Positions 7,927 to 16,863 of a stretch of DNA of 40,922 bases are shown here, in pieces (the stretch's first letter is position 1; every line of letters starts with the position of its first letter). The notes under the pieces are model-generated. The model was not told where the DNA came from. It saw only the letters and a program-made list of their open reading frames with translations, and did not search any database. A program made the position numbers and the translations under genes. The DNA is from Gemmatimonadota bacterium (GTDB lineage Bacteria; Gemmatimonadota; Gemmatimonadetes; Gemmatimonadales; GWC2-71-9): positions 2,209,369 through 2,250,290 of the forward strand of contig CP070716.1 in assembly GCA_020350425.1 (NCBI GenBank), in the 5' to 3' direction.

Positions 7927-10097
7927 CGAGCTCGGATCCTCTCCCGCATGAGTTGATACACCTCAGGGTCGAGGAAGTACACCCGATCGAACGCCGCTCC
8001 CGTCTGGCTGTCCTCCGCTCCGACCGCATCGAGAAACACCCGGCGGTATTGATTGGCCAACGTTGGGGCGTAGAAGTCGAGGATCAGGGCGCCGCACTGC
8101 ACCGCCGCCCGCCGTCTGAGATCCTCCAGGTCCTCGGCGGTCGTGGCGTAGCGGGCCATTTGCCGGTCGTCGATCAACAGGAAGCACAGCTCCTTGAGGA
8201 AGGCGAAGATCGTGGGCTCGGGCCGATCGGTGGACAGCGGCATCTGCACCGCGACCACCTGGTCACCCGCATCGAACGAGTCGTACTCCACGATGCGGCC
8301 CTCCGGACCGATGGGCGGCGACGGGAAGATCAGACCTGCCGTGAGACGGCGGCGCTCCAGATAGCGGCCCAGCTGCGGGGCGAACAGGGAATCCCACATC
8401 GCCTGCACGGCCTGGTAGCGCGGCTGCTCCCGCGCGCTCATCTCCCTCCAGTAGTCCCGGTAGAAGACCTCCCACTCCTCCTCCGCCGCGTCCACCAGCC
8501 GGCCGAGGAGCCTGCGGGCGCCTCCCTGCAGATTCTGGTCCAGGATCATCATCGCGATTTGCTCCTGGTTCCCCATCTGCCCCGCGGCCCCCCCGGGGGC
8601 GCCCCGGCCCGGTCGTGGCGCCTTGCCATCGGCCACGAGGCGCAGCGCCGCGAGCATCTCCTCGGGGTCGCTGTCCGGCATGTACAGCGGCACGAAATGG
8701 AGCAGGTCGTATCCGGCACCCTCGCCGATTCCCTCGCGCAGATCGGTGGCGAGCGAGTCGAGCGCCGTCGGATACACACCGCGCTCCAGCTTCGCGAGGC
8801 GGATGAGCTCCTGGTACTCCGCGCTGTACAGGCCAAGCGGCCCAGGCTGGTCGGCCGCGATCACGGCGAGGGCGTGAAACCAGAGGTCCACCTGGGGGCG
8901 CTCGCGTACCACCCAGTGCCCCGGACCGGTCCGGCCGCCGGGAGCAGGTGAGGGCCGCGCCCCGGGCTGTACGCCCGGCTGCAGCGGCACCGCCTGCGCC
9001 GTCGGGGGCTGGGCCGGCTGTGCCGCCACCTGCGTCCCACCGATCTCGGCCTCCAGCGCCCGCAGGATGGCGTCACTCAGCGGGAATGCGTCCTCAAACG
9101 CCACGTCCGCCGGCAATCCCTGCAGTGCCACGGCGGCGGCGACCTGCGTCTCTTGATACGCCCCGAGCAGGGTCGGGTCGTAGACGTCGAGCACGAGCGC
9201 GCCGCACCGGACCGCCGCCCGGCTGCCGAGCTCGGCCGGCATCTCCTGGGCGCCCGAGGCCCGCACCGCCCGCGGCACGACCGCGTAGCAGAGCTCCCGC
9301 ACGATCGCGAAGACGCTGGGATCGGGGCCGGCGCCCGGCGGCGCCCACACGGCCACGACGTTGTCCAGGCGGCGGAACGCCGAGCCCGTCTCCAGCCGGC
9401 CCTCGGGTCCCAGGGCGGGCGACAGCAGGATCGTCCCGCCGTCGAGTCGCGGCGGCTCGAGCCACGGGGCGAGCGCCGGCTCGAGCGTTTCGCTCCACGC
9501 CGCCTGGATCTCCTGGTAGCGGGCCGAATCCGCCGCGATCACCCGCTCCCAGTACTCCTCGAAGAAGATGTCCCACTCCTGCTCGAGCAGCTCCACGAAC
9601 CGCTTCAGGCCATCGCGGAGGTCTCCATCGCGAAACGCCCCCGCCGCCCACCGAATGCCGGCGCGGGTGCTCGGGCCGTAGACCTCCTCTTGCCGCAGCT
9701 CGCGCCTCGCCACGGCCATGAGGGCGCTGAGCATCTCATCGCGGGTCGCGTTGGCGAACTGCAGCGGCGCGAAGTGCAGGGCACCGAACTCGGGCTTCTT
9801 CCCGAACTCCGCCAGAAGCTCCGCGGCGAGGCTGTCGAGCGGGGTCGGGTAGACTCCCAGCTCCTCCTTGGCCCTGCGGACCTGCTCCACGTACTCGGGA
9901 TGGTACGGCTGGAACAGGTCGTCCATGCCGAAGCCCACGACCGCCAGGCCGTGGAACCAGAGATCCGCCGCGGGGCTGGCGCGCACGGTCCAGCCCTCCA
10001 GCTCGGACGCCACCTGCGCCGCTGCCGGTGCCGCCAGCGCCGCGGAGCCCGCCAGCAGCAGGCCAATCACTCGATTGCTCAGCACGCTTCCGTCCAT
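7923..10097 (-). CDS. Secreted hypothetical protein made of two tandem homologous domains of about 320 aa, 724 aa
   Basis: GGAAGGGG RBS before the ATG at 10097, signal peptide ending PAAA|QV, clear internal duplication, and stop overlapping the TonB-like start (ATGA). Confidence 0.8.
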   Translation of the reverse strand: MDGSVLSNRVIGLLLAGSAALAAPAAAQVASELEGWTVRASPAADLWFHGLAVVGFGMDDLFQPYHPEYVEQVRRAKEELGVYPTPLDSLAAELLAEFGKKPEFGALHFAPLQFANATRDEMLSALMAVARRELRQEEVYGPSTRAGIRWAAGAFRDGDLRDGLKRFVELLEQEWDIFFEEYWERVIAADSARYQEIQAAWSETLEPALAPWLEPPRLDGGTILLSPALGPEGRLETGSAFRRLDNVVAVWAPPGAGPDPSVFAIVRELCYAVVPRAVRASGAQEMPAELGSRAAVRCGALVLDVYDPTLLGAYQETQVAAAVALQGLPADVAFEDAFPLSDAILRALEAEIGGTQVAAQPAQPPTAQAVPLQPGVQPGARPSPAPGGRTGPGHWVVRERPQVDLWFHALAVIAADQPGPLGLYSAEYQELIRLAKLERGVYPTALDSLATDLREGIGEGAGYDLLHFVPLYMPDSDPEEMLAALRLVADGKAPRPGRGAPGGAAGQMGNQEQIAMMILDQNLQGGARRLLGRLVDAAEEEWEVFYRDYWREMSAREQPRYQAVQAMWDSLFAPQLGRYLERRRLTAGLIFPSPPIGPEGRIVEYDSFDAGDQVVAVQMPLSTDRPEPTIFAFLKELCFLLIDDRQMARYATTAEDLEDLRRRAAVQCGALILDFYAPTLANQYRRVFLDAVGAEDSQTGAAFDRVYFLDPEVYQLMRERIRAR
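7930..9992 (-). repeat. Intragenic tandem domain duplication (about 9992-9040 and about 8915-7930) with a Pro/Gln linker
   Basis: Matching blocks: DLWFHGLAV/DLWFHALAV, GVYPTPLDSLA/GVYPTALDSLA, LHFAPL/LHFVPL, EWDIFFEEYW/EWEVFYRDYW, SPALGPEGR/SPPIGPEGR, RELCY/KELCF and RAAVRCGALVLD/RAAVQCGALILD. Confidence 0.9.
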
Positions 10098-10265
10098 CGC
10101 CCCTTCCAAACCCGGCACCCCATGCCAGAGTTCCGCTGTCGGTCACAGAGTCTCGCGCAACCGCCAAGTATCGACAGGGCCGAGCCGCACGGCAACCCGC
10201 CCAGCCGTGTGCAAATCTCCGGGGCTGGGGCGTCACCCTGAGTAGGACGTATCAGCGAGGCAACG

Positions 10266-12470
10266 ATGAAGACGCTCATGGCTGCCCTGACGGCAACGCT
10301 GCTGGCCTCCCCCCTGCTGGCGCAGGGGTGGATCGAGCCGGTCCCGGGCCGGGATCCCGGCTTCGCGGTGGTGAAGGTCCGCACCACCGTCTCGGTGCAG
10401 GTGACCGGGCGGATCGCCCTGGTCGAGGTCGAAGAGTGGTTCCGCAACGACGGACGCGGCCTGGGGGAGGGTGACTACCTCTATCCGCTTCCGGGGGAGG
10501 CGGTGTTCAGCAACTTCTCACTGTTCCAGGGCGACCTGGAGCTGCGGGGGGAGACCATGGACGCCGATCAGGCGCGGGCGATCTACGAAGAGATCGTTCG
10601 GTTGAAGCGCGACCCGGCGCTCATCGAGTTGGCCGGGCACGGTCTCGTGCGGGCCCGCGTCTTTCCCATCAACGCGGGGGAAACGCGCAAGATCACCTTG
10701 CGCTACACCCAGATCATGGAGCGGGCCGGAGACGCGCTGCAGTTCCGCTACGCCGCCGGCGGCCGCTTCGGGCGCAGGGTGACCCCGGAGCAGGCCGTGG
10801 TGACCCAGCATCGCCCCGAGGACGCCCCGCTCACCTTCACCCTGGTGGCCGACAGCGGCAGCGCCTACGGGAATCCCTTCTCCCCGACCCATGCGCTGAA
10901 CGTGTCGCGGGAGCGGGGACGGCTCACCGTGCGGCCCGAGGACGAGCTGCGCGGGGACTTCGTGGTGTTTCTTCCCATGGCCCGCGGGCTGGTGGGGATC
11001 ACGCTGGTCACGCACAAGCCCGCCGGCGAGGACGGCTACTTCATGCTGACGCTCTCGCCCGGGAGCGCCGACGGCACCACGCTGCCACGCGACCTGACCG
11101 TGGTGCTCGACGTCTCCGGCTCCATGTCGGGCAGCAAGATTGATCAGGCGAAGGCGGCCCTGCGGCAACTGCTGGGGACGCTGGATCGTGAGGACCGCTT
11201 CCGGCTGCTGTCGTTCAGCAGCGGCGTGACCGCCTACCGCGCCGATTGGTCCGAGCCGAGCGGCCGCGCGCTGCGCGACGCCCACGCCTGGATCGACCGG
11301 CTCGTCGCCGACGGCGGCACCAACATCGCCGGGGCGTTGCAGGAGGCCTTCCGGCTCGACAGCCCCGAGACTCGGCTGCCCATCGTGGTGTTCCTGACCG
11401 ACGGGCTGCCCTCGGTGGGCGAGCAGAATCCCGAGCGCATCGCGCAACAGGCCGAGCAGCAGCGCGGCCGCGCCCGCGTGTTCGCCTTCGGGGTGGGTTA
11501 CGACGTGAACACCTACCTGCTCGACCGACTGTCGGCGGCCGGGCGGGGTGCCACCCAGTACGTACAGCCCGGCGAGGACGTCGAGCGGGCGTTGAGCGTG
11601 CTGGCGGCAAAGATCCAGCACCCGGTGCTGACCGACCTCGCGCTGGTCGACGCGCCGGTCGAGCTGGAGGAGATCTATCCCGGCACCCTGCCCGACCTGT
11701 TCGCGGGCGAGGAATTGGTCGTCTTCGGGCGGTACCGCACCTCCGACCGCGATCGGAGTGGCGCCATTACGGTGACAGGCCGCCGCAACCGGCGCACGGA
11801 GCGGTACGCGACCGACGCCCGGTTCCCCGATCACGCTCCGGGCAACGAGTTCATCCCCCGGCTGTGGGCGTCACGCAAGATCGGGTTCCTCACGCAGCAG
11901 GTCCGCCTGAACGGCGCCAACGACGAACTCATCGAGGAGATCCGCCGCACCGCGCTGCGCTACGGTCTGCTGAGCGAGTACACCTCCTACCTCGTGCAGG
12001 AACCGGAGGACGTCGCTGTGCGCCGGGACGCTCCGAGGCGCGGACAGCCCGTCAACACCCCCGCCGCCGAGGCGCAGTCCGGCGTGGGCGCGGTCGTCGC
12101 CGCCGAGGAAGCCCGCATGAAGCGGGAGGCGAAGTCGGCCGTGGATCTGATCGAAATGGAGGACGCATTCTACGCCCGCGGCCACATGGGCCAGGCGCGG
12201 CACGTCGCCGGCCGCCTGTTCGCCGAGCGGGACGGCGTCTGGACCGACTTGAAGCACGCCGATTCGGTGCGCACCGTGGAGATCGCCCCGTACGGTGAGG
12301 CGTACTTCGCGCTGCTCCGGCTGGCGCCCGAGCTCGAGCCCTACTTCCGGGAGTTCGGGCAGGTGTTGATCGCCGGCGACCGCGTGAGCATCCGCGTGGC
12401 GGACGGCGGGCTCGAAACGATGTCGACGCCCGAGCTGGCGCGCCTAGTGCGCGACTTCCGGGCACGGTAA
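10266..12470 (+). CDS. Exported VIT + von Willebrand factor A domain protein (inter-alpha-trypsin inhibitor heavy-chain-like)
   Basis: Signal peptide (LLA|QG), VIT domain (EGDYLYPLP...DPALIE...RVFPI), vWA MIDAS motifs DVSGSMSG, GGTNI and FLTDG, and C-terminal RLWA..I / YGLLSEYTSYLV. Confidence 0.9.
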   Translation: MKTLMAALTATLLASPLLAQGWIEPVPGRDPGFAVVKVRTTVSVQVTGRIALVEVEEWFRNDGRGLGEGDYLYPLPGEAVFSNFSLFQGDLELRGETMDADQARAIYEEIVRLKRDPALIELAGHGLVRARVFPINAGETRKITLRYTQIMERAGDALQFRYAAGGRFGRRVTPEQAVVTQHRPEDAPLTFTLVADSGSAYGNPFSPTHALNVSRERGRLTVRPEDELRGDFVVFLPMARGLVGITLVTHKPAGEDGYFMLTLSPGSADGTTLPRDLTVVLDVSGSMSGSKIDQAKAALRQLLGTLDREDRFRLLSFSSGVTAYRADWSEPSGRALRDAHAWIDRLVADGGTNIAGALQEAFRLDSPETRLPIVVFLTDGLPSVGEQNPERIAQQAEQQRGRARVFAFGVGYDVNTYLLDRLSAAGRGATQYVQPGEDVERALSVLAAKIQHPVLTDLALVDAPVELEEIYPGTLPDLFAGEELVVFGRYRTSDRDRSGAITVTGRRNRRTERYATDARFPDHAPGNEFIPRLWASRKIGFLTQQVRLNGANDELIEEIRRTALRYGLLSEYTSYLVQEPEDVAVRRDAPRRGQPVNTPAAEAQSGVGAVVAAEEARMKREAKSAVDLIEMEDAFYARGHMGQARHVAGRLFAERDGVWTDLKHADSVRTVEIAPYGEAYFALLRLAPELEPYFREFGQVLIAGDRVSIRVADGGLETMSTPELARLVRDFRAR

Positions 12471-12480
12471 ACTGGACGGC

Positions 12481-12984
12481 GTGAGCGTCGACTGGGCGGA
12501 AGTGTACCGCACGACCTTCGAGGACCTGGTCCGCTTCCTGCACCGCAAGGTGTGGGATGCGGACCGGGCGAAGGACCTGGCACAGGAGGTGTTCGTGCGC
12601 GCGCTCGATCACCGGCCGGACAACCCGAAGGCCTGGCTCTTCACCGTGGCGAGCAACCTCGCGCGTGACGAGGCCCGAACGGCGATCCGCCGCCGCAAGC
12701 ACCTCACGCTCCTCAAGTCGGAAGTCGCCGGGCAGAGCGCGCCCGACCCGGCCGAGGAGCTCGACCGGGAGCAGCGCATGGAGCAGGTACGCGCGGCGCT
12801 CAACCGGCTGAGCGAACGGGATCGCGACGTGCTCCTGCTGTGGGACGCCGGGCTCGATTACGGCGAGATCGCCGCGGAGACCGGCCTCTCGAAGGGCGCG
12901 GTCGGCACGACGCTGGGACGCGCGCGCCGCCGCCTGGTGGAGGCGTACGGCGCGCTGGAGGACAAAGATGTCGCACATCGATGA
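12481..12984 (+). CDS. ECF RNA polymerase sigma factor
   Basis: Region 2 AKDLAQEVFVRA...KAWLFTVASNLARD and region 4 LSERDRDVLLL...GLDYGEIAAETGLSKGAVGTTLGRARRRL. Confidence 0.93.
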   Translation: MSVDWAEVYRTTFEDLVRFLHRKVWDADRAKDLAQEVFVRALDHRPDNPKAWLFTVASNLARDEARTAIRRRKHLTLLKSEVAGQSAPDPAEELDREQRMEQVRAALNRLSERDRDVLLLWDAGLDYGEIAAETGLSKGAVGTTLGRARRRLVEAYGALEDKDVAHR

Positions 12985-14155
12985 GGGACTGCTGCACGCC
13001 TACCTCGACGGCGAGACCGACGGGGCGGAGCGGTCAGGCCTCGAGCAGCACCTGGACATTTGTGCCGAGTGCCGCACGCGGCTGGCGGAGGCCCGCACGC
13101 TGCGCGATCGCAGCGCGGCGATTCTGAGCGGCTCCGGTCCCGCGACGGTGACCGCGCCTCCCTTCGAGCAGGTCGTGGCGCGTTCCCGCGCGGTGGAGAC
13201 CCGGCGGCGCGTATTCCGTCTGAACCGCCTCGCCGCGCTGGGCTGGGCGGCGACGATCGTGCTCGCGGTGGGCGTGGGGTGGATCGCCCGGGGCTCGCTG
13301 GGATTCGGCGAGCGACCGGCGGAGCAACGCAGCGTCGCCGTGGCGGACAGCACGCCCGAGCAGGCCGCGGACGTGGAAGCGGGTGTGGTGGGGGGTGCAC
13401 CTGCGCAGGTCGCGGCGCGCGAGAGCACCTCCGAGACCGAGCGCGAGGCGCGTCGCGACGAGGCCGCGCCGACAGGCGCCGCGAAGTCGGAAGTCGCCGC
13501 GCCGGGGCGTGCCGAGGGACAGCTCACGCCCGAGACCGAGCAGGCGAGGGCGAAACTGGCCGAGGCAGAGGTGGAGCAGCAGCCGGCTGCGGGGGTCGCC
13601 ATCCCCGTTGCACCGGCCCCGGTTCAGGTGCGCACGAGGGGTGCGGTCGCGCTCGCCGACTCGGCGGACCAGGAGCCGGCCGAGCGCCGAGCAGCGCAAC
13701 CGGCGGCGGCCGCAGAGGCCTTCGCCGCGCATGAGGTGGACCTAGACGCGCTGGTCGGCCTGCCGGGAGAAGGGGCGGCGTGGAACGAGACCGACGAGCA
13801 GACCGCGCGGGAGTTGCTGGGCGCCCCCCTCCTGCGGCTCCCCGACGCCGCCGTCGTGGCGTACCTCGTCCCGGCCGAGGAGGGCCGGCGCGCCGTGCAG
13901 CTGGTGCAGCGCCTCGCCTCCGGTGAGGTCGTGGTGCTGCGGCAGGAGGCGGTGGCAGCGATCGCAACCGGGGAGCGGGTGGCCGGGCCGGCGGAGGAGC
14001 GGGCGCAGGCGCGCGATGAGCTGAAGGCGATGAACGAGCCCCTGCTGGGAACCGGCCTCGCGTCCGCGACCGTGCGTCGCGGGGATTACCTGCTCACGTT
14101 GCGCGGCACGCTGCCGCCCGACTCCCTGCAGGCACTGCTCGACGCGCTGCCCTAG
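12968..14155 (+). CDS. Zinc-binding (zf-HC2/ZAS) transmembrane anti-sigma factor
   Basis: N-terminal H...LHAYLDGE...HLDICAEC (HxxxCxxC), one TM (WAATIVLAVGVGWI) and an Ala/Glu-rich extracytoplasmic region. Overlaps the sigma gene. Confidence 0.88.
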   Translation: MSHIDEGLLHAYLDGETDGAERSGLEQHLDICAECRTRLAEARTLRDRSAAILSGSGPATVTAPPFEQVVARSRAVETRRRVFRLNRLAALGWAATIVLAVGVGWIARGSLGFGERPAEQRSVAVADSTPEQAADVEAGVVGGAPAQVAARESTSETEREARRDEAAPTGAAKSEVAAPGRAEGQLTPETEQARAKLAEAEVEQQPAAGVAIPVAPAPVQVRTRGAVALADSADQEPAERRAAQPAAAAEAFAAHEVDLDALVGLPGEGAAWNETDEQTARELLGAPLLRLPDAAVVAYLVPAEEGRRAVQLVQRLASGEVVVLRQEAVAAIATGERVAGPAEERAQARDELKAMNEPLLGTGLASATVRRGDYLLTLRGTLPPDSLQALLDALP

Positions 14156-15186
14156 CGGGCCGTCTCGCCCGTCCGGCGCACCCTGATCAGCTCGGCGACC
14201 ACCGACACGGCGATCTCGGCAGGCGTGTCGGCGCCGATCGCCTCCCCGATGGGCACCCGCACCCGCTGCAGCGCGTCGAGCGGCACCCCCGCCCGCTCCA
14301 GCGCCTCGAAGATCACCGCCCGCTTTCGCGCGCTGCCGAGCATGCCGACGTAGCGCGCCGGTGACGTCGCCGTGCGCTCCACGATCTCCGCATCGTAGCT
14401 GTGCCCCCGGGTCGTGGCGAGCACGTAGTCGTCGGCGTCCAGCGAGAGCCCGTCGAGCACCGTGCGGAAGTCCTGGGCGATCACCTCGTGCGCCCACGGC
14501 AGGCGATCGGGGTCGGCGAACTCCGCCCGATCGTCGGTGATCACCACGTAGAAGCCGGCGTCGGCCGCGACCTTGGCGATCGCCCGCCCCACGTACCCGG
14601 CACCGAAGATGACGACGCGGGGCACCCGCTCGAGCGGCTCGACCAGCGCCCCGAGCGCCTCATCGACCCGCGCCGCGGCCCGCGAGGGCTGCACCGCGGC
14701 CTCGACTTCGGTGTCGAACGGGGCCCCCACGACCATCACCTCGGGTCCGATCCGCGCCTCCTTGCGCGGTCCCGCGCTCCAATCGACCGCCGTCAGGACC
14801 GTGCCCGCCACGCGGCGCTCGGTCGCCTCCGCCAGCGCACCGTACAGCGCCGCCATCTCGGGGGTCGCCACGATGGGCTCGAGAAACAGCTCCACCGTGC
14901 CTCCGCACGAGAGACCCACGTCCCCGGCCAAGTCCGCGTTGAGCGTGTGGCGCGAGAAGCTGGGGGCGCCGCTCGCTGCCGCGGCCAGCGCCTGCTCGGC
15001 CACGTCGGCCTCCGTGCAGCCGCCACCGACGGTGCCCCACCGCCGGCCATCCGCCGCGACCACGAGCTTCGCGTCCCGCGCCATGGGCAGCGAACCCCGC
15101 TGACTGGACACCGTGGCCATCGCCCCGGCCACCCCGGCCTCCGCCAGCTCGCGGGCGGCGTGCCACACCGCGGCGCGCTCGCTCAC
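14152..15186 (-). CDS. xdhC: XdhC/CoxI-family molybdoenzyme accessory protein
   Basis: GTVGGGCTEADV, GLSCGGTVELFLEP, VIFGAGYVG, TRGHSYD, YVGMLGS and PIGEAIGADTPAEIAVSVVAELI. Confidence 0.9.
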   Translation of the reverse strand: MSERAAVWHAARELAEAGVAGAMATVSSQRGSLPMARDAKLVVAADGRRWGTVGGGCTEADVAEQALAAAASGAPSFSRHTLNADLAGDVGLSCGGTVELFLEPIVATPEMAALYGALAEATERRVAGTVLTAVDWSAGPRKEARIGPEVMVVGAPFDTEVEAAVQPSRAAARVDEALGALVEPLERVPRVVIFGAGYVGRAIAKVAADAGFYVVITDDRAEFADPDRLPWAHEVIAQDFRTVLDGLSLDADDYVLATTRGHSYDAEIVERTATSPARYVGMLGSARKRAVIFEALERAGVPLDALQRVRVPIGEAIGADTPAEIAVSVVAELIRVRRTGETAR

Positions 15187-15536
15187 GACGCGGGCAGCTC
15201 CTCGAGGGTCGCCACCGCCCGGCGCAGGTGGGGAATCACGATCGACCCACCCACCACCAGGGCCACGGAGAACGCCTCGAACAGCTCGTCATCCGTCGCA
15301 CCCTCCTCGCGGCAGCGAATCAGGTGGTAGGTGATGCAGTCGTCACACCGCAGCACCATGGAGGCCGTGAGCCCCATCAGCTCCTTGGTCTTGGCAGCGA
15401 GCGCGCCCGCCTCGTAGGCGCGCGCGTCCAGCGCGAAGAACCGGTTGATGGTGAGGTTTCCCGCCTCGTGGATGGCCGCGTTCATCTTCTCACGGAAGTG
15501 CCGGAAGGCGTCGAGACGCTGGTGGGCTTCGGACAT
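15183..15536 (-). CDS. Carboxymuconolactone decarboxylase / AhpD-like protein
   Basis: GALAAKTKELMGLTASMVLRCDDCITYH (CxxC followed by His) and GGSIVIPHLR. Confidence 0.85.
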   Translation of the reverse strand: MSEAHQRLDAFRHFREKMNAAIHEAGNLTINRFFALDARAYEAGALAAKTKELMGLTASMVLRCDDCITYHLIRCREEGATDDELFEAFSVALVVGGSIVIPHLRRAVATLEELPAS

Positions 15537-15556
15537 GGGAACTCCACAGTGTGCAA

Positions 15557-15576
15557 TGGGGCCCCGCAGGACCCCA
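15557..15576 (-). other. GC-rich RNA hairpin between actF and the CMD gene (weak terminator or stability element)
   Basis: Minus strand UGGGGUCC-UGCG-GGGCCCCA forms an 8-bp stem (one U-G pair) closing a cUNCGg tetraloop. Only two U follow. Confidence 0.35.
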
Positions 15577-15606
15577 CGACAACCCTTACGCGACGGCCGC
15601 GAACGG

Positions 15607-16863
15607 CTAGTGGTGGCCGGTAGCCTCCGCCTGCGCGGTGAGCCGCGGGCTCACCATCGGGAACGTACGCGCGAACAGCCCGTACGCCAGCAGGAACAAT
15701 CCCAGGAACCCGAGGGAGATCCCGATCTCCGGCAGCCCGATCTGGGGCGCGTGCTCCGTGAGGGAGGGCTGCACCAGCAAGTAGCGCTCCAGCCACACCC
15801 CCAGCAAGCTGATGAGCACGAACAGGGTGAACGTGAACGCGGTCACCTTCGACTTCACCCAGATCAGGCCCCAGAAGGGAATGAGGAAGACCATCAACCC
15901 TACCATGATCGAGATCGGCTGCCAGTCGCCCCACAGCCGGTAGAAGACGAACGACGTCTCCTCCCGCAGGTTGCCGTACCAGATCACGAGCAGCTGGCTG
16001 AATACCAGATACGCCCAGAACACCGAGAAGCCGAAGATCAGCTTGCCCAGATCATGAAACTGCTGCCGGCCGATCACGTCGCGCATTCCCAGGCGGCGGC
16101 GCCAGTAGACCATCATCAGCCCCAGCATCGTGAGCCCCGTGAGCACCGCACCCATGAAGAAGAAGGCACCGAACAGGTTGCTGATCCAGTACGGCGCGAG
16201 CGACATCACGAGGTCGAACGCGATGAGCGAGAAGAGCCACGCGTACATCACGCACAGGGCCACCGCCAGCCGGCTGAGCCGCCGCTCGAGCTTCTCCTGG
16301 TCCGCGGGCATGCCGCTGTAGCCGGCCGCGATGCGGTCGTACAGGATCCGCTTCCACCCGGTCACCTGTCCCCGCAGCTCTGCCACGTCCGGCTTCACAT
16401 CCGTATACACAAACGCCACGGCCACGACCAGGAGTGCGAGGAGCGCCACCAGATCCCGCCAGAACACCCACGAGACCGTGAGCCACTGGCCGCGCGCCGG
16501 CGTCGGGTGCTCGATCCAGGGGAACACCTCCTCGCGCCCCAGGAACAGCACCAGGAAACAGACGACGGCGACGGGGAGGAACGCCACCGACGCCTCGGCG
16601 AAACGGATGATCGGTCCGGACCACACGCCCTTGGTGATCTTCTGCGTGGCGGCGAAGACCGTGGCGCCGAGCGCGATCCCGGTGAAGAACAGGAAGTTCA
16701 CGTGGAACAGGCGCCAGGCGCGTCCGGGGTCATCGCCCGTGACGAGCGCGACGAACAGCCCCAGCCCGAGCACGGCGAGCAGGGCGCCAAGCAGGAGCAT
16801 CCCGCGTGCCGGCGCGTTGGCGCTGCGGCGGAGGAGCTCGTCGTTCGGGATGCCCAGGCTCAT
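15607..16863 (-). CDS. actF: Alternative complex III membrane subunit ActF (NrfD-like), 418 aa
   Basis: ATG at 16863 overlaps the actE stop. About 10 TM helices; AFDLVMSLAPYWISNLFG, HDLGKLIFGFSVFWAYLVFSQLLVIWYGNLREE and WLERY. Confidence 0.88.
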   Translation of the reverse strand: MSLGIPNDELLRRSANAPARGMLLLGALLAVLGLGLFVALVTGDDPGRAWRLFHVNFLFFTGIALGATVFAATQKITKGVWSGPIIRFAEASVAFLPVAVVCFLVLFLGREEVFPWIEHPTPARGQWLTVSWVFWRDLVALLALLVVAVAFVYTDVKPDVAELRGQVTGWKRILYDRIAAGYSGMPADQEKLERRLSRLAVALCVMYAWLFSLIAFDLVMSLAPYWISNLFGAFFFMGAVLTGLTMLGLMMVYWRRRLGMRDVIGRQQFHDLGKLIFGFSVFWAYLVFSQLLVIWYGNLREETSFVFYRLWGDWQPISIMVGLMVFLIPFWGLIWVKSKVTAFTFTLFVLISLLGVWLERYLLVQPSLTEHAPQIGLPEIGISLGFLGLFLLAYGLFARTFPMVSPRLTAQAEATGHH

